Assembly: GCA_040954595.2 (NCBI GenBank)
Contig: CM082591.2
Location: forward strand, 9,165,612-9,229,611
Reading direction: 5' to 3'
DNA from: Balanoglossus misakiensis
Taxonomy: Eukaryota > Animalia > Hemichordata
DNA length: 64,000 nt
Made by a program: the position numbers and the translations under genes. Below the pieces are notes generated by a model. It was not told the origin of the DNA. It searched no databases and saw nothing but the letters and a program-made list of their open reading frames with translations. Below, one piece after another: positions 1 through 13,600 of the stretch (its first letter is position 1; each line of letters starts with the position of its first letter).

Positions 1-460
1 ACGTTCCCTGAATAAATCCCTGTGGTTAAACCACAGTCGCGCGTGTTTAAACCAAATAAATAAAACAAAAATAATGTTGAATTAACGGACGTTTTATTTT
101 GGAACTGCTCTGTGGAAATATTTGTCGCTTTGCCACGCGCGATGCCCGTCTTGTCACTTTTTGTCGTCTGCTTCATGTTTAATGCTCGATCCCGGCCGCT
201 CGTGTTTACATTCGTCGTCGCCATGTTGGTTCACGATCGTAATTTCTCTTTCTGACACCGTTTCGGTAAGAAAATACACTGATATGCCACAAAAACAGTT
301 GTTGATATAATATATTAGCAATAACCCCGCCTCAGTCGGGTATACACTCCATTTGGGTACAATTCGCTCCATATAGCACTCGCCTGACGGCTCGTGCTAT
401 ATGTCTCGAATTGTACCCAAATCTCGTGTATACCCGCCTGCGACGGGGGTTATTGCTTAA
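1..460. mobile_element. End of a Crypton-type element with a long terminal imperfect hairpin (317-457); rest lies outside the window
   Basis: Nested inverted repeats agcaataacccc/ggggttattgct, gggtatacac/gtgtataccc, ttgggtacaattcg/cgaattgtacccaa and atatagcac/gtgctatat. The layout matches the terminus of the tyrosine-recombinase element at 33631-33796. Confidence 0.6.
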
Positions 461-635
461 TTATTTAACGGGTTATTAATATAGAAATTATGGACGACGC
501 CCTGACCATTGATACTATAAATAGTAAAGGAATACATGTGTGCACCATTTTCATGATGCATGTAGACTAGACAATATTTCTTCTACGTGTATTAGCGGAA
601 CATTTTTCCACAGTGTAGTTTACTAGAAAAAAAAC

Positions 636-997
636 TTAAAGGGAAAATGACAAAATCCCTCTGTCGCTGCCTTTTTTCCCTTAATTATGTTTGATACAAG
701 ACACTGTTTATGTTATTCTACATGTGGATATATAGTGAATCAACGTTCGACCACCCACAATTTGTATGCCACTTGTAGATGCGAGAGTTAAAAAACTCAC
801 CACAATGAATAAACGGTCTCTACCATTTATTCATTTTGGGCGAGTTTTTATTCTTGTAACCTACAAGTGGGATGGAAGATGTGTGTGGTTGAACGCTCAT
901 TCACTACATGTATGCATGTAAATTAACATAAATGGTGTCTTGTATCTAACATAATTAATGGAAAAGGGGCAGCGAGGGAGAGACTTTGTCCCTTTAA
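636..997. mobile_element. TTAA-flanked foldback MITE (Kolobok-type termini), high-copy family A
   Basis: Family ends are ttaa|agggacaaagtctctctc...gagagactttgtccct|ttaa with long imperfect TIRs; the left end is degenerate in this copy. Other copies at about 8686-9020, 9944-10296, 12655-12990, 37069-37260, 39215-39499, 48158-48426, 52207-52560 and 63876-64000. Confidence 0.75.
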
Positions 998-1658
998 AGG
1001 CATACGCCCATATATGGCTGAAATGGCGTATTTGAGCGTTCTATAGAACAAATGGTGGCACTCTTTTTTACGCTTGTGCCACCCACTGAAAATCTGTGAT
1101 TGGTAGCTAGTCCTCAATTTGCCATGGTAACTATTGCTGATTTTCCATAGGTGACTGTATACCTTTGAGAGTGTCTACCGAAGAATGTTGCTATGATCGT
1201 AGCATTGTAACAACAGACGTCAAATGTTACCAAAAATTTGTAAACAAATGATATTCAAAGAATGCTTATTATGTACGTAACACATTCTGGACAGTTTTGA
1301 GGTCCCAGAATCACATTCTGTGTCTCTATTTGGCTACTCTTTCTGATTGCTCACATTTGATGGTTTGAAGGACTTCCAAAGGCAATCTGGCTGGCGTTGT
1401 TTCACATAACAATTTCTTATATCTCTTGCATTTTGTAAACAAGTCCAAATCCTTAGACTGTTGCTCCCCTTTGAAATCTAGTTTTATCGACTTTGGTAAC
1501 ATTTCCTGGGTTTATGACACATTTTGATCACATTATGTCTAAATATGGTATAGTATGCACCCAGACATAAGTGACACACGTCAGCCTCCACTATGTTTTC
1601 GTGTAAACTTGGCTGTCAGTTTTTAATAACCTCATAATATATTGATAATTAGACTTAC

Positions 1659-4600
1659 GTGGAACACATTTCTGGCAGCATTCACCATCAATATGGCCGA
1701 TCTCTTCTTCCTGGAAATATAAACAACAAATGAATTATTACCACAGTAAATACAAATTGTATATCCACTGAGAAGACACACAATAAAACATCTATAGCAC
1801 AGTGTCTTCAAATTTTTAATACTGAGAAACCTGTCTATTAAAGACACTTTCAGGAACAGAAAGACTGTCCTTATTGCAGAGGTGTCCTTAATGACAGATT
1901 TCACTGTAATTGTATAGAAAAAAATTGAAATGGGTAAAATGTAAGTGAATGGAACATCCCTCTTCCATAATACTGAACCTTATAAACGAATGTGCCGCTA
2001 TTTAGAATTAACATATAACAAATTTATCATTTCTGTTCAGAACAGTGATTGTGAATTGATCAATTTCTGATGGACACTTGAATGAAGTACATTTATTTCA
2101 GATGCTAAACAATTGAGAAAGTTGTTTGGTTTGTTTGGTTTGATTACTACAAAAGGGCTGTCTTGAAAATCCAAATAATGAGAACTAATACAAAAGGGCT
2201 TTCTTGAAAAAAAAACAAATGATGAGGATTCTTTAATATGTTTTATGGAGTTGACCAAGAAACCTCAGTTGATACCCAAAACAAAAATATTCAGAAAACA
2301 GCACAAAGTTAGAGTTACTTGTCCTTTAAAACTATTGCTCTCAGGCCCATAAAGTAAAACAACGCAAAACTGTAGTCTGACCATACACTATTGAATTCAT
2401 GACTGATAAACTTACCGCTGTGCAAGTCAAAGGTTGACAGACTTCTTGAACGCAGCTCTCTTTACCATTGAAGCAATCACAGATGTCGCACCCCACATGC
2501 CAAGTTTCACCAGACTGAAAAGTGAAAGTTCAAATTTTGCTGGATACCCGGTATGCAGATCGTGTGTGTATAATTGGTCTGTCATAATTAACCCTAATGC
2601 TACTGGGTGTCATACCTGTTCAGAGTCTCAAGTCCCTTAAATAAAATACGTATTTGCCATTTTATCTTCTATAATGTATTTTGACTGTCTTGACATGGCT
2701 CTCATACGTACCTAGACACACTTGGCAGTCTGAACCTCCCAGAAAATGAACCAAATTGCACTGGTTTGTACTGTATTGGTCTGAGGGTCTTGGATAGGCC
2801 CTACTGATTAACACGCACTTGGCAGTCTAACAGGCCTGGGAGCCAGGATTCGAGGCACCTTTCAACTGACTTGGCAGCGTTAGTGTTAATTTACATTTCA
2901 TTATACATTTGCTGTGCTACACTTATGACCATTCTCTTTACCTCTCTCGTATTTCCACTTGGTTTTTTGCAGATTACTTGCATGATAATGCATACCAAAC
3001 AAATAAAAAGAGGAGTATGCCACTTGGTGCAAAGACTGGCATAAATTGCTGATGAGCTAACACCAATGGCACAGCTCGTCTTGCATTGCGAAGTCTCAGC
3101 AGAATCCATTTTTGCAGAAAATTTATCATATATCTTAGAAATTAAATTGTTACCTGATATCTCCTGCCTTTGTACATACAATAAGATTCCACAGTACATT
3201 TTGGACAGCAACTGCCATCTGGTAAAATCTGGTTTTCTAGATCACAGTTGATTTGTTCACAATTGGGTCTTTCACAGGTTACCTCTCCATCCTTAACAGA
3301 AATTCAGAAAACATTGTATGACATAAAACAGGTCGATGGAGAGGATGAAATGTTTTCAATAATCTGTACAGTGAATATACAGGAAAAATAGCAACATTAT
3401 TCAACAAGTTATACAAGTTATGTGAAAATGTTGCATCAAACTTTGATAGGGAAAATGTGCCATTCAAAGTGTTTGCTTGCAGGTACTGAACCAATTTCAG
3501 AATTTTCGATAATTTTCAGAATTTCTTTTAAATCTTAGGTTTTCTTCAACAGACATAAGTGTTTCCATCACCTTGATGTTTTCAAAAAGAGAAAGTATTA
3601 TTTTTAGGTCCCATTGGTATCGGCATATATACCATGGGACCTTATGGGATCGGTTGCGTCTGTATGTATGGATGGATGGATGGATGGATGTATGTATGTC
3701 TGTATGTCCGTCCACATCAAAAACTTGAAAACCGCTGTGCGTATCACCTCAATATTTGGTGTGTAGGTGCAGGCATGGCTGTAGATGGGAGTTTGTCCAA
3801 ACGAAGTTGCCAGGCCCAAAAATATGCAAATTAGCTGGAAAAATGTGAAATTTATCAAAACTCTGAAAGTCAACAACTACTCGTCAGATTGCTTTAAAAA
3901 TTTGTATGCATGTACCATATGTAAACCTCACATCGACCTGTAAGTGTTTAGTTAATATCATGGATGTTTTATTTTTTATGAATTTTTTAGTCTTTTTATT
4001 AAATTTATACTTTTACTTATACGTCTATGGTTAAGCTATGTCCACGTCTTATTGTGGAATTCTGGTCTGTGCAATAGTCCTGTACAGTGACTGTCTATTG
4101 GTCAGTGAGCACAATGGGGCCAAAATAAAAGGCAAAATTTTGGGCTCACCTGTAACACCTGCTTAACACATTAATTATGTGCATACCTAATTCCGGGCTA
4201 ACTAATAGGGCTAGAGGTTTCGTTCTTGTGGGACATGGACCAGTATAGGGTCAAAATATCTTGCCCAAATTTTGCATGACCTCAGGTGACCTTTGACCTA
4301 CTTTATCATATCTCGGCATCCAGAGCAGGTACAGACATGGCGTTTGGAGGGTTGGGACTAAAATTGAAAAGCCAAAATTGGGGGTCACCTGTGACACCTG
4401 CATATCTCATTAATTACGTGCATACCTCATTCCAGGCTAACCAATAGGGCTATAGGTTTGGTTTTTGTTGAACATGGACCAGTATAAGGTCAAAATTTCT
4501 TGCCCAAATGTTGCATGACCTCAGGTGACCTTTGACCTACTTTATCATATCTTGGCCTCCAGAGCAGGTACAGATTTGGCATTTGGAGGGTTGGGACTAA

Positions 4601-7600
4601 AATTGAAAAGCCAAAATTTGGGGTCACCTGTGACACCTGCATATCTCATTAATTATGTGCATACCTAATTCCAGGCTAACCAATAGGGCTATATGTTTGG
4701 TTTTTGTTGAACATGGACCAGTATAGGGTCAAAATTTCTTGCCCAAATTTTGCATAACCTCAGGTGACCTTTGACCTACTTTTCCATATCTTGGCATCCA
4801 GAGCAGATATGCTTATTACTATATGTTGCTATGTGCTATGTTGGCTTGGGACCGCTATTGCTGCTTGCAGATCTGCTTGCAATGTCACCTGTAATTTTTA
4901 TTCTGGTGTGTCACTGTTTCCGAATAATCCTCAAATGGGACCACAGTGTCCTTGACGCTATTTTTTGAAATGTGGAATTACTGTAAAACATGTTATTTTC
5001 CTGAGCAATAAATTTTTCGCGAAATACGCGAGAACCAAAATAGCGTGAAAATAAAAAGTCGTATACATTTTTTTGAAGATAATGATGCAGTGAATGAAAT
5101 AAGAGAACGTGAAAATTAATACTAGCGAAACAGTGGCTTCTCTCGATATCGCGAAAATTTCAACTCGCTAAAATAAAGTGTTTTACAGTAGTTTGGAACA
5201 CGGTTATATTAATAATAAACTACACGCAACAAACATTAGAGGTTCACCAGAAGACGAAGTGTTAGATCAGAAACTTACCAGACATGTGCAAAGGCTGCAA
5301 GGATCAGCCAATGGAACAAACTGTTCACCAGTTTTGTAAATCTGATTCTCAAAGCTACATTCCAAAGGACCTGTAAATGGAACATGACAACTGGTGGTAT
5401 TATCTAGAGGAAGTGGAAAGTCACTGACTTCTGAAATGTTCTGAATACTAGTACTCTCTTAAAGGCAATAGATCGTCTCACGCGCATGTGTGTAACTTCC
5501 CAGCAAATTTTCTGTTCGATGCATTCAAATATTGGACTGCCTTCGCTTCCTTCCATATTTCATGCGCACCGTATAAGTAGATTCTGGTTTTGTCCCTCCT
5601 TTTTACCCAAGCTGGTATTTTCTCACGATCTCCGACATAGATTATGGTCGCCACCATCTTGTCTGTTGTTAGGACAGAGCACTGCCTTATGGGATTGACT
5701 GTTCACTAAATGTCTGTAACCAGCGGCTACAGCTGGAACATGCGTGTGACACAAGCTAGGTGCTTTAAAGGGCAGTGATCATCTTATGCGCATGTGCCAA
5801 ACCAGAAACTCTCGTTACATAAATTGTATACAGTCATTGCCATAAGGCAGTGTGCTGTCTTGACAACAGACAAGATGGTGGCAACCATAATCTGTGACTG
5901 ATTGGGAAAAAACAGCAAATTGGATGAAAAGAAGGGACAAAACTAAAGTCTGGGTGAACATGAAATATAGAAGGAAGCGAAGGCAGTCCACTATTTGAAT
6001 GTATTGAACGCAAACTTTGCAGAACACTTGAATTGGATGTAAGGTTTGTACACATTAAATACACATGTGCATAAGACGATCATTGGCCTTTTACAGTTGT
6101 CACTGTGAGCAATAAATTGTATCAAGGAATACATACGCCCAGTTGTATTGAAACTTTTTGTGTTGTAAAAAGGTAACACAGACACGCATTGCATGATTGA
6201 ACACCATATGTTGATGTACATAAAAAAACTTACTTGCACAGCGTGGACAGCATTCACCTGCATCACGTAGGATTCTATCTTCGTTACATTCTAACTCAGG
6301 ACACAATTTGACATCACATGAAACATGACCATCCTGACAGAAAATACACACACAGACAATAAGACAACAACTCATATGGTTACCAATTGATCATACACTT
6401 GTTAAAATTCACACAAAAACATATTTATCAACATCAGTAAAAATTGAACAATGAATGCTGGACCGTTTTTACAATTCACCACTTTTGATTGCGATTGACA
6501 CTTTTTTAAATCAAAGTATTTTATTTTCTTTGCAACAGCTTTGTGGATGTCTAACTGCAGGGAGATCTAACTTCAACCCTTACGCCAACATGGTTGGTCC
6601 AAAGCCATTGTTTTCTATGGTAAAGTTGGACTTCCAAACAGGGAAATGGGGATGAAAGGTTAATATAAGACTTGCATCTGGGTTATTCACTTACCATACA
6701 TATACATGATGTACAAGGATTGAGTTTAAATTCTGTGCCATTCTGATATACAATGCCTGTTGTATTACTCTCACAAACTCTTTCCAAAGGCTCTCCTATA
6801 TAGGATAAAGAAGACATTATACGACACACATATTCACAAGTGAGCATGATTGATGTGAGGTCACATGAGTCTCAAAGCCAATCAGAGTGTACAACTTTCA
6901 GACCATTCATCTCATGGTTCATTTCCAGGAAATGCAAGTTTTTTTCAATAGTTTTCCAGGGCTTTCAGTAAAAAAATTCAATTTTCTGAATTGTTTTCAT
7001 TAGTTTTCTATGACTTTTGAAGCCAACAACTGACATTTCCTGAGAGTGATTATGCAGATGACATATCAAAAACATTAACAATATTGCAGGACTTTCAGAA
7101 ATGAATTTCATTTTTATATTTCTGTCTCTTCAGCAAGTGTATAAACAATATTGTCAGAATTTTTTTTACACAGAGTTAAAAAAAACACTGACCTGTACAT
7201 GTTGGGCAACATGCAGAGTTTTCTACTGTGACTCTCTCTGGAGGACAATTCAGTGTTGGTAGACACAGCAATATTCCTTCCTGTAATCACAAGTTATATG
7301 ATTCAATCTGGTGTATGTGCACCATTCTGGTCGCCTTAAATAGGTTTTCACTTTGCGCTAGGGGATCAAATCACACTGCATTCTGGGCCAAAAGTCGACA
7401 ACCCACTGTAGTAAGAGATAGAAGAGATGATATTTTTACTGAATTTCATGACTTTCTCTGGTCAAACATGTCTGTCTTTGTAGTTACCATATTAAACTTA
7501 TTAAACTTTTTTCACATTTTGTTATTTTTTCTGCTACAAAGTTTCAAAATGACCCATCAACACTTTAGCTTATGAACTCCCATTGTTTAAGCATGGCAAA

Positions 7601-10600
7601 AAACGGCCATCTTGAATTGTGTCGACCATTTGAGATTTTCACCACTCACTTAGGTAGCTTAAAACCTATTTAAGGTAGGGAGAATTATCATACAGTGGCA
7701 TCATGTTCCCATTTAACTTCATGCGAAAGAGAGTCCTCACATCCATGCATTTTTTTATGTATCATACACGGCCTGGCTGCCCAATTAAGATCACTGCCAT
7801 GCATTTCTGAACTGTTTTTGTTCTTGTGGTACACACTTTGCTATCCTTAAATAATTCTTATGAAAACACACCAGAATGAGATTTTAACCTGTTTTTTTTC
7901 AGTGCTTTGATTGTAGCACAGAGTAAAAAGCTCGCAAGAAATTCATTGTCTCTTCAAAGCTGATACAATTATTTTACATCTTTATATCCTTTTTGTTCAT
8001 GATGAATCTCCTGTCTATGGTTAATGGAAGAAAAATTGTCATTTGTTGAATATTAATTAGTTGTTGTTTCATTTGTAGTTTAATGCTCTGTTTCCTTGAC
8101 AACACAAATTAAAGTTGTCATTATAAATATTGTAAACACATGTTGGTTGTAATTGGAGAATAAGACAAGAATTCGCACATTAAGATGTCCATCTTACCGA
8201 ACACTGGCATTCCAAACATTGGTCGTCATCTGGTTTAAAAATAGCACTTTCCTTATAAGTGACACCTCTGAATTCACAACCAATACATGCTTGACAACAC
8301 TGGTTTGGTACTCGCACTGGGTTCTCACACGGTGCTGGACATGTGACAGTTGTACAGGAGATGTCTTGGTCCTGTCAACACAAGAAACAAAAACGTCCAA
8401 GTTACAAACAAGAGAAGTATGTAAAGTACACTAGCTACACAAGATAGCATAATCTTGTTAGATAACAAGATTAAAAATCATTATAGCCAAAAGTACAGAT
8501 CTAGAAATCTAATTACTGAGATATATGACAAGAAGCAAAGATCCACAAAACATGAAAGCTCATCAGAACAGCAGAATGTGACACTGTACACTGTGTTGCT
8601 CCACAGAAAAGTCTTGGCATGAACACACTGCATGTGCTTATAACAATCAAAGCCAAAAGTGCTCTAACACAAGATATATTATTCATTAAAGGGACAAAGT
8701 CTCTCTTCTCCCCCATTTTTAATTAATTATGTTTGATACAAGACACCGTTTATGTTATTCTACATGTGAATTTATAGGGAATCGACGTTCAACCACACAC
8801 TACTTCCATCCCACTTGTAGACGAGAGGGGAAAATCTCGCCAAAATGAATAATCAGTCTCTACCATTTATTCATATTGGGCGAGTTTTTATTTTCATATC
8901 ATACTAGCGGGATGGAAGTTGTGTGTGGTTGAACGTTCATTCACTACATGTACATATACACATGTACATTAACATAAACAATTGGAAAGGGGTAGCGAGA
9001 GAGAGACTTTGTCCCTTTAAATCCACCAATCAAAGTAACTTACATCACATATCATATACATGTTGTACAGGGATCATCTTGAAGAGTCCACATGTCACCA
9101 TGGTGATACGTTGTGCCATCAATGAACCGACAGTCTAAACAAAAAGACAAAGAAGACATTTTATACAGTGCTATGTCACTCTGGTTGAAGACATGATGAA
9201 ATGGCCAACAGGAATACCATTATCTGGGTGTTCAAATTATATAGAATTCTTCTGTTTTACGGTATTAAAATTGTTTTTTATATTTTGTCATTTTTCTGAT
9301 CAATGTACTGGTATTGTGTAAAATTCGATTGATTGATTGGTGTGTGCTTTGTTCACAGCCTGAGCACTTACTCAGCAATTGATAACCCATACAGGAAAGA
9401 TCACAACAAGTGATGACACATTGAGGAGAGATCACAACAAGTGATGACTCATAGAGGAGGAAGCACAGCATGTGATGACTCATCTAACCTGTCCACTTAC
9501 CTGGACATTTAGGACAGCACTGCCCTGGTACACTTGCAAAATTAGAACATGTTGTGGCTTCACACACTGTTAAATTACAAGTCACAGTACCATCCTGTAA
9601 ATACAAATTTTTTAATGGGTTATTATTATAGAAATTATTGACGACCATTGACCCTGACCCTGACCATTGATACTTTTAATAGTAAAGGAATGTATGTGTG
9701 CACCAATGTTCATGATGCATGTAGACTAGACAATGTTTCTCCTACGTGTATTAGTGGAACATTTTTGTTTCGGTTATAAGGTCTCTGTACGTATGATTTT
9801 TAGTTTGTATGCATTTTTCCACAGCTTATGCGTACAGTGTAGGTAACTCGAAAAAAAAAAAACCTTAAGTCTTGGCATGAACACACTGCGTGTGTTTATA
9901 ACCCTCAAAGCCAAAAGTGCTTTAACACAAGATGTATTCTTCATTAAAAGGACAAAGTCTCTCTCTCTCAGCCCTTTATCCATTAATTATGTTTGATACA
10001 AGACACCGTTTATGTTATTGTACATGTGGATATATAGTGAATCAACGTTCAACCACCCACAATTTCTATCCCGTTTGTAGACATGAGAGTGAAAAACTCG
10101 CCGAAATAAATAATTGGTCTCTACCATTTATCCATTTTGGGGGAGTTTTTACTCTCATATCCTACAAACGGGACGGAAGTTGTGTGTGGTTGAAAATTGA
10201 TTCACTACATGTATATATCCACATGTAGAATAACATAAACAATGTCTTGTATCAAACATAATTAATGGAAAGGGGCAGCTAGAGAGAGAGACTTTGTGCA
10301 GTGATGAGAACTTACAAGACACAGGCAGGATCTACACACATCACCAAGAGGGTTGAAGCGATCATCATCAGCATACAAGATAGTATTGTATTCACACAGA
10401 CTACAGTCTGGACAGCAATCAGAAGCTGTGTACAGTCCATGCTCACATGTTACTGGACACAGTAATTCTGTACAGGTAATCTTGGAATCAGGCTGAAAGA
10501 GGAACGACAACAATCAGGTTCATACTGTAAAACACTTTACTTTCACGAGTTGAAATTTTCACGATATCCACAGAGGCCATTGTTTCGCGAGTATTAATTT

Positions 10601-13600
10601 TCACATTTTCTTATTTCATTAACTGCATCGTTATCTTCAAAAAAATGTTATGCGACTTTTTAGGGCCCAAGCGCATACCAGCGCTTGGGCCCTATTGGTT
10701 TCGTTGGGGTTTTTCAGTCTTTCTTTCTTTCCTTCTTTATTCTTGGTTCCATTTTTCGGCCACCTAAATCTCAAAAACTGCAGCACCAACCAGGCTGAAA
10801 CTTGGTAGGCAGATAGGGGCCAATGAGTAGATGTGCAGTGGCTCGTGAATATTTAATTAGTCACGTGACCTGGCGGCCATATTGGATTTTCTGAAAAAAT
10901 GCAAATCTCAGATCTCAGAAACTACAAGTCAGATTGACTTCAAATTTGGTGTGCAGCTAGTATACCTTATGCCCATCATTTTTGTAATTGGATATTATGC
11001 TGTCAATGTTGCAGTTTTTTTGCTACAGTTGTTTTTCTGAAATCTGGTCAAATTTTCAAAAATCTTCTTCTCCAGAACCGGCGATAACCGAGTCACGCCA
11101 TTTGAGGTATGTGGTCACCTAACTGATGTCTATCAAGTTTGCGAAGATCATTGTGATTGGTCGAAGATTATGGCGGCCATATTGGATTTTCGAAAAACCA
11201 TAGTAAAACTTCAAAAATCTTCTTCTCCAGAACGGGCGATAACCGAGTCATAAGATTTGGTGTGTGTGGTCATTAAACAGATGTCTATCAATTTTGCGAA
11301 GGGGAATGTGATTGGTCGGAGATTATGGCGGCCATATTGGATTTTGTGAAAAACGATTAAAAAGTAAAAATTCCCTTTCTGGCCTAAAAATTGATAGCAC
11401 AGAAATTCTTTTTACGGATATGAATCATCATATGACAAGAATTAGCTATAAATATTTTGGTAATTTTGGCAATGACCTTTGACCTACTTTTGACGCATCA
11501 TTTTTCTGCATATCTAATTCCAGGCTAACCTTTAAGGCTATCATTTTGGTTTTTGATGTATGTGGATTTGTATGTAATGATCAAAAAAATTTGCTACTTT
11601 TCATGACCCCTTTGACCTCTGCTGACCTCATTAAATATGCACATACCTAATTACAGATGAACCAATAGACCTAGAGGTTTTGTTTTTGTTATACATGGAC
11701 CAGTATGGGGTCAAAATATTTTGCCCAAATGTTGGGTGACCTCGGGTGACCTTTGACCTACTTAACACTATATCAGCATCAGATCAGATAATAGAGCTTG
11801 GGCCCGGACAATGCTGCTTGCAGCTTTAATTATTTTCATGCTATTTTGGCTCTTGTGTATTTCGCGAAAATGTATTGCTCGCAAAAATATAGTATTTTAC
11901 AGTATCAGTTAGCCATACCATCTTTTCCAAAACATGGTGATGTACAGGTTCTTAATCAAATTCTATTTTGGTTTCGTTAAAAGTCGTTAAAATAATGTTA
12001 TGTAGTAGTCGTGTATTTTGCTGCCTTCATGGCAAGTCGACTGAGATCAATTCATCTGGAAAACAGGAAAACAATGGCTCTGTTTCTGGGACCGTCTGTA
12101 GCACTTTGGCTGAAATAGGAGCTTATTTATTTATGTTTACTTTTACAGTGGATTTATTTACTGACAAGTTTAGTTACAGAAATAAATGTGTTTTTAATTT
12201 GACAACTATTGTTATTTTCACTGTCACCCAACCTCGGTTTGGTTTGATTTGAAGCATCAGAGTAATGAAATAATGGGAATGATTCAACAATTAAATTTCA
12301 AGGGGTTGGCCGGGGGTTTGCGGCAAAACTAAAAGAAATATTTTTTTTTACCAGACTTTGAACTTCTGACATCATCTATAAGTTGACATACCTGACATGT
12401 ACATTGCAGACACAGGTCAAATTCTGTCCACATTTGTCCAGGTTGATACTCTGTACCATCCCCTGCCACACATACTGGATCTACAAATAAAGTTCAAGTG
12501 CACATTGTTGAGATGGAAATTGTTACAATCCCATGCAGTCCACTGAAGGGGTCCAGTGTGTAACCCATTGCATGGATTGGTTACGCAAAGTGCCCTCATG
12601 TGACAAACTTCAGTCTAGATTAGTTTTTCCTTCGTTGAACTTGAAGATAACTGTAAAGAGACAAAAAGTTTCTCTCTCGCTGCCCTTTTACCATTAATTA
12701 TGTTTGACACAAGACACGGTTTATGTTATTCTACATGTGGATTGATATAACTTTATTTATTTATAAAAATTAATAAAAAATAAATAAATAAATAAATAAA
12801 CTTCCATTCCATATGTAGCATATGAGAATAAAAATCTCGCCAAAATGAATAAATGGTAAACACCGATTATTCATTTTGGCGAGTTTTTTCACTCTCGTCT
12901 ACAAGTAGAATGGAAGTTGTGTGTGGTCGAATGTTGATTCACAATACATGTATATCCACATGTAGAATAACATAACGGTTTCTTGTCCCTTGAAGAACAG
13001 AAAATTATTTAATCTCAGAAAATTCTGATACATAACACTTGACTTTAAGATCTTGTATCTGATATTTCCTTACTTTCTTGACACACTGGACAGCAACTAT
13101 CCTCTACAAGGATGGGGTTGTCACATTCCAGTATTGGGCAAATTTCCATGTTACCACATGTTACATTCCCAAACTATGCAGACAAGGAGAGACATCAGTT
13201 AAGTGTGGAAGAGATAGCATGGGTGCATGGGTGGAGGGGAGGGGTGGATTAGGCAAGGTGGAACTAAGAGGGGGCAGAGGGTGAGGATGTCATGGGCAGT
13301 TCAATAACAGTAACATACGATCTGTCAAATTATAAATGGAATAAGAAAGTTATTTTGTTCAGAAGGGACTTTACCTTCTGTTGGTATAACAACAATTCAA
13401 AGAAAATTAATCACAAATATTACATTGGAATTATTTACTTTCATTTATTGCTTGAGCAAATAAGTAGATGTGACATAGCCTACACCTAAGGCTGGCCAAT
13501 CCATGTCTTTGTCAGAAACACTTTCACTGATGTCATACTCAGGTTTTTTACGTGTAACCAATGATATCTATGACTTTTAGTATTTAGGTAATTTTCTCAG

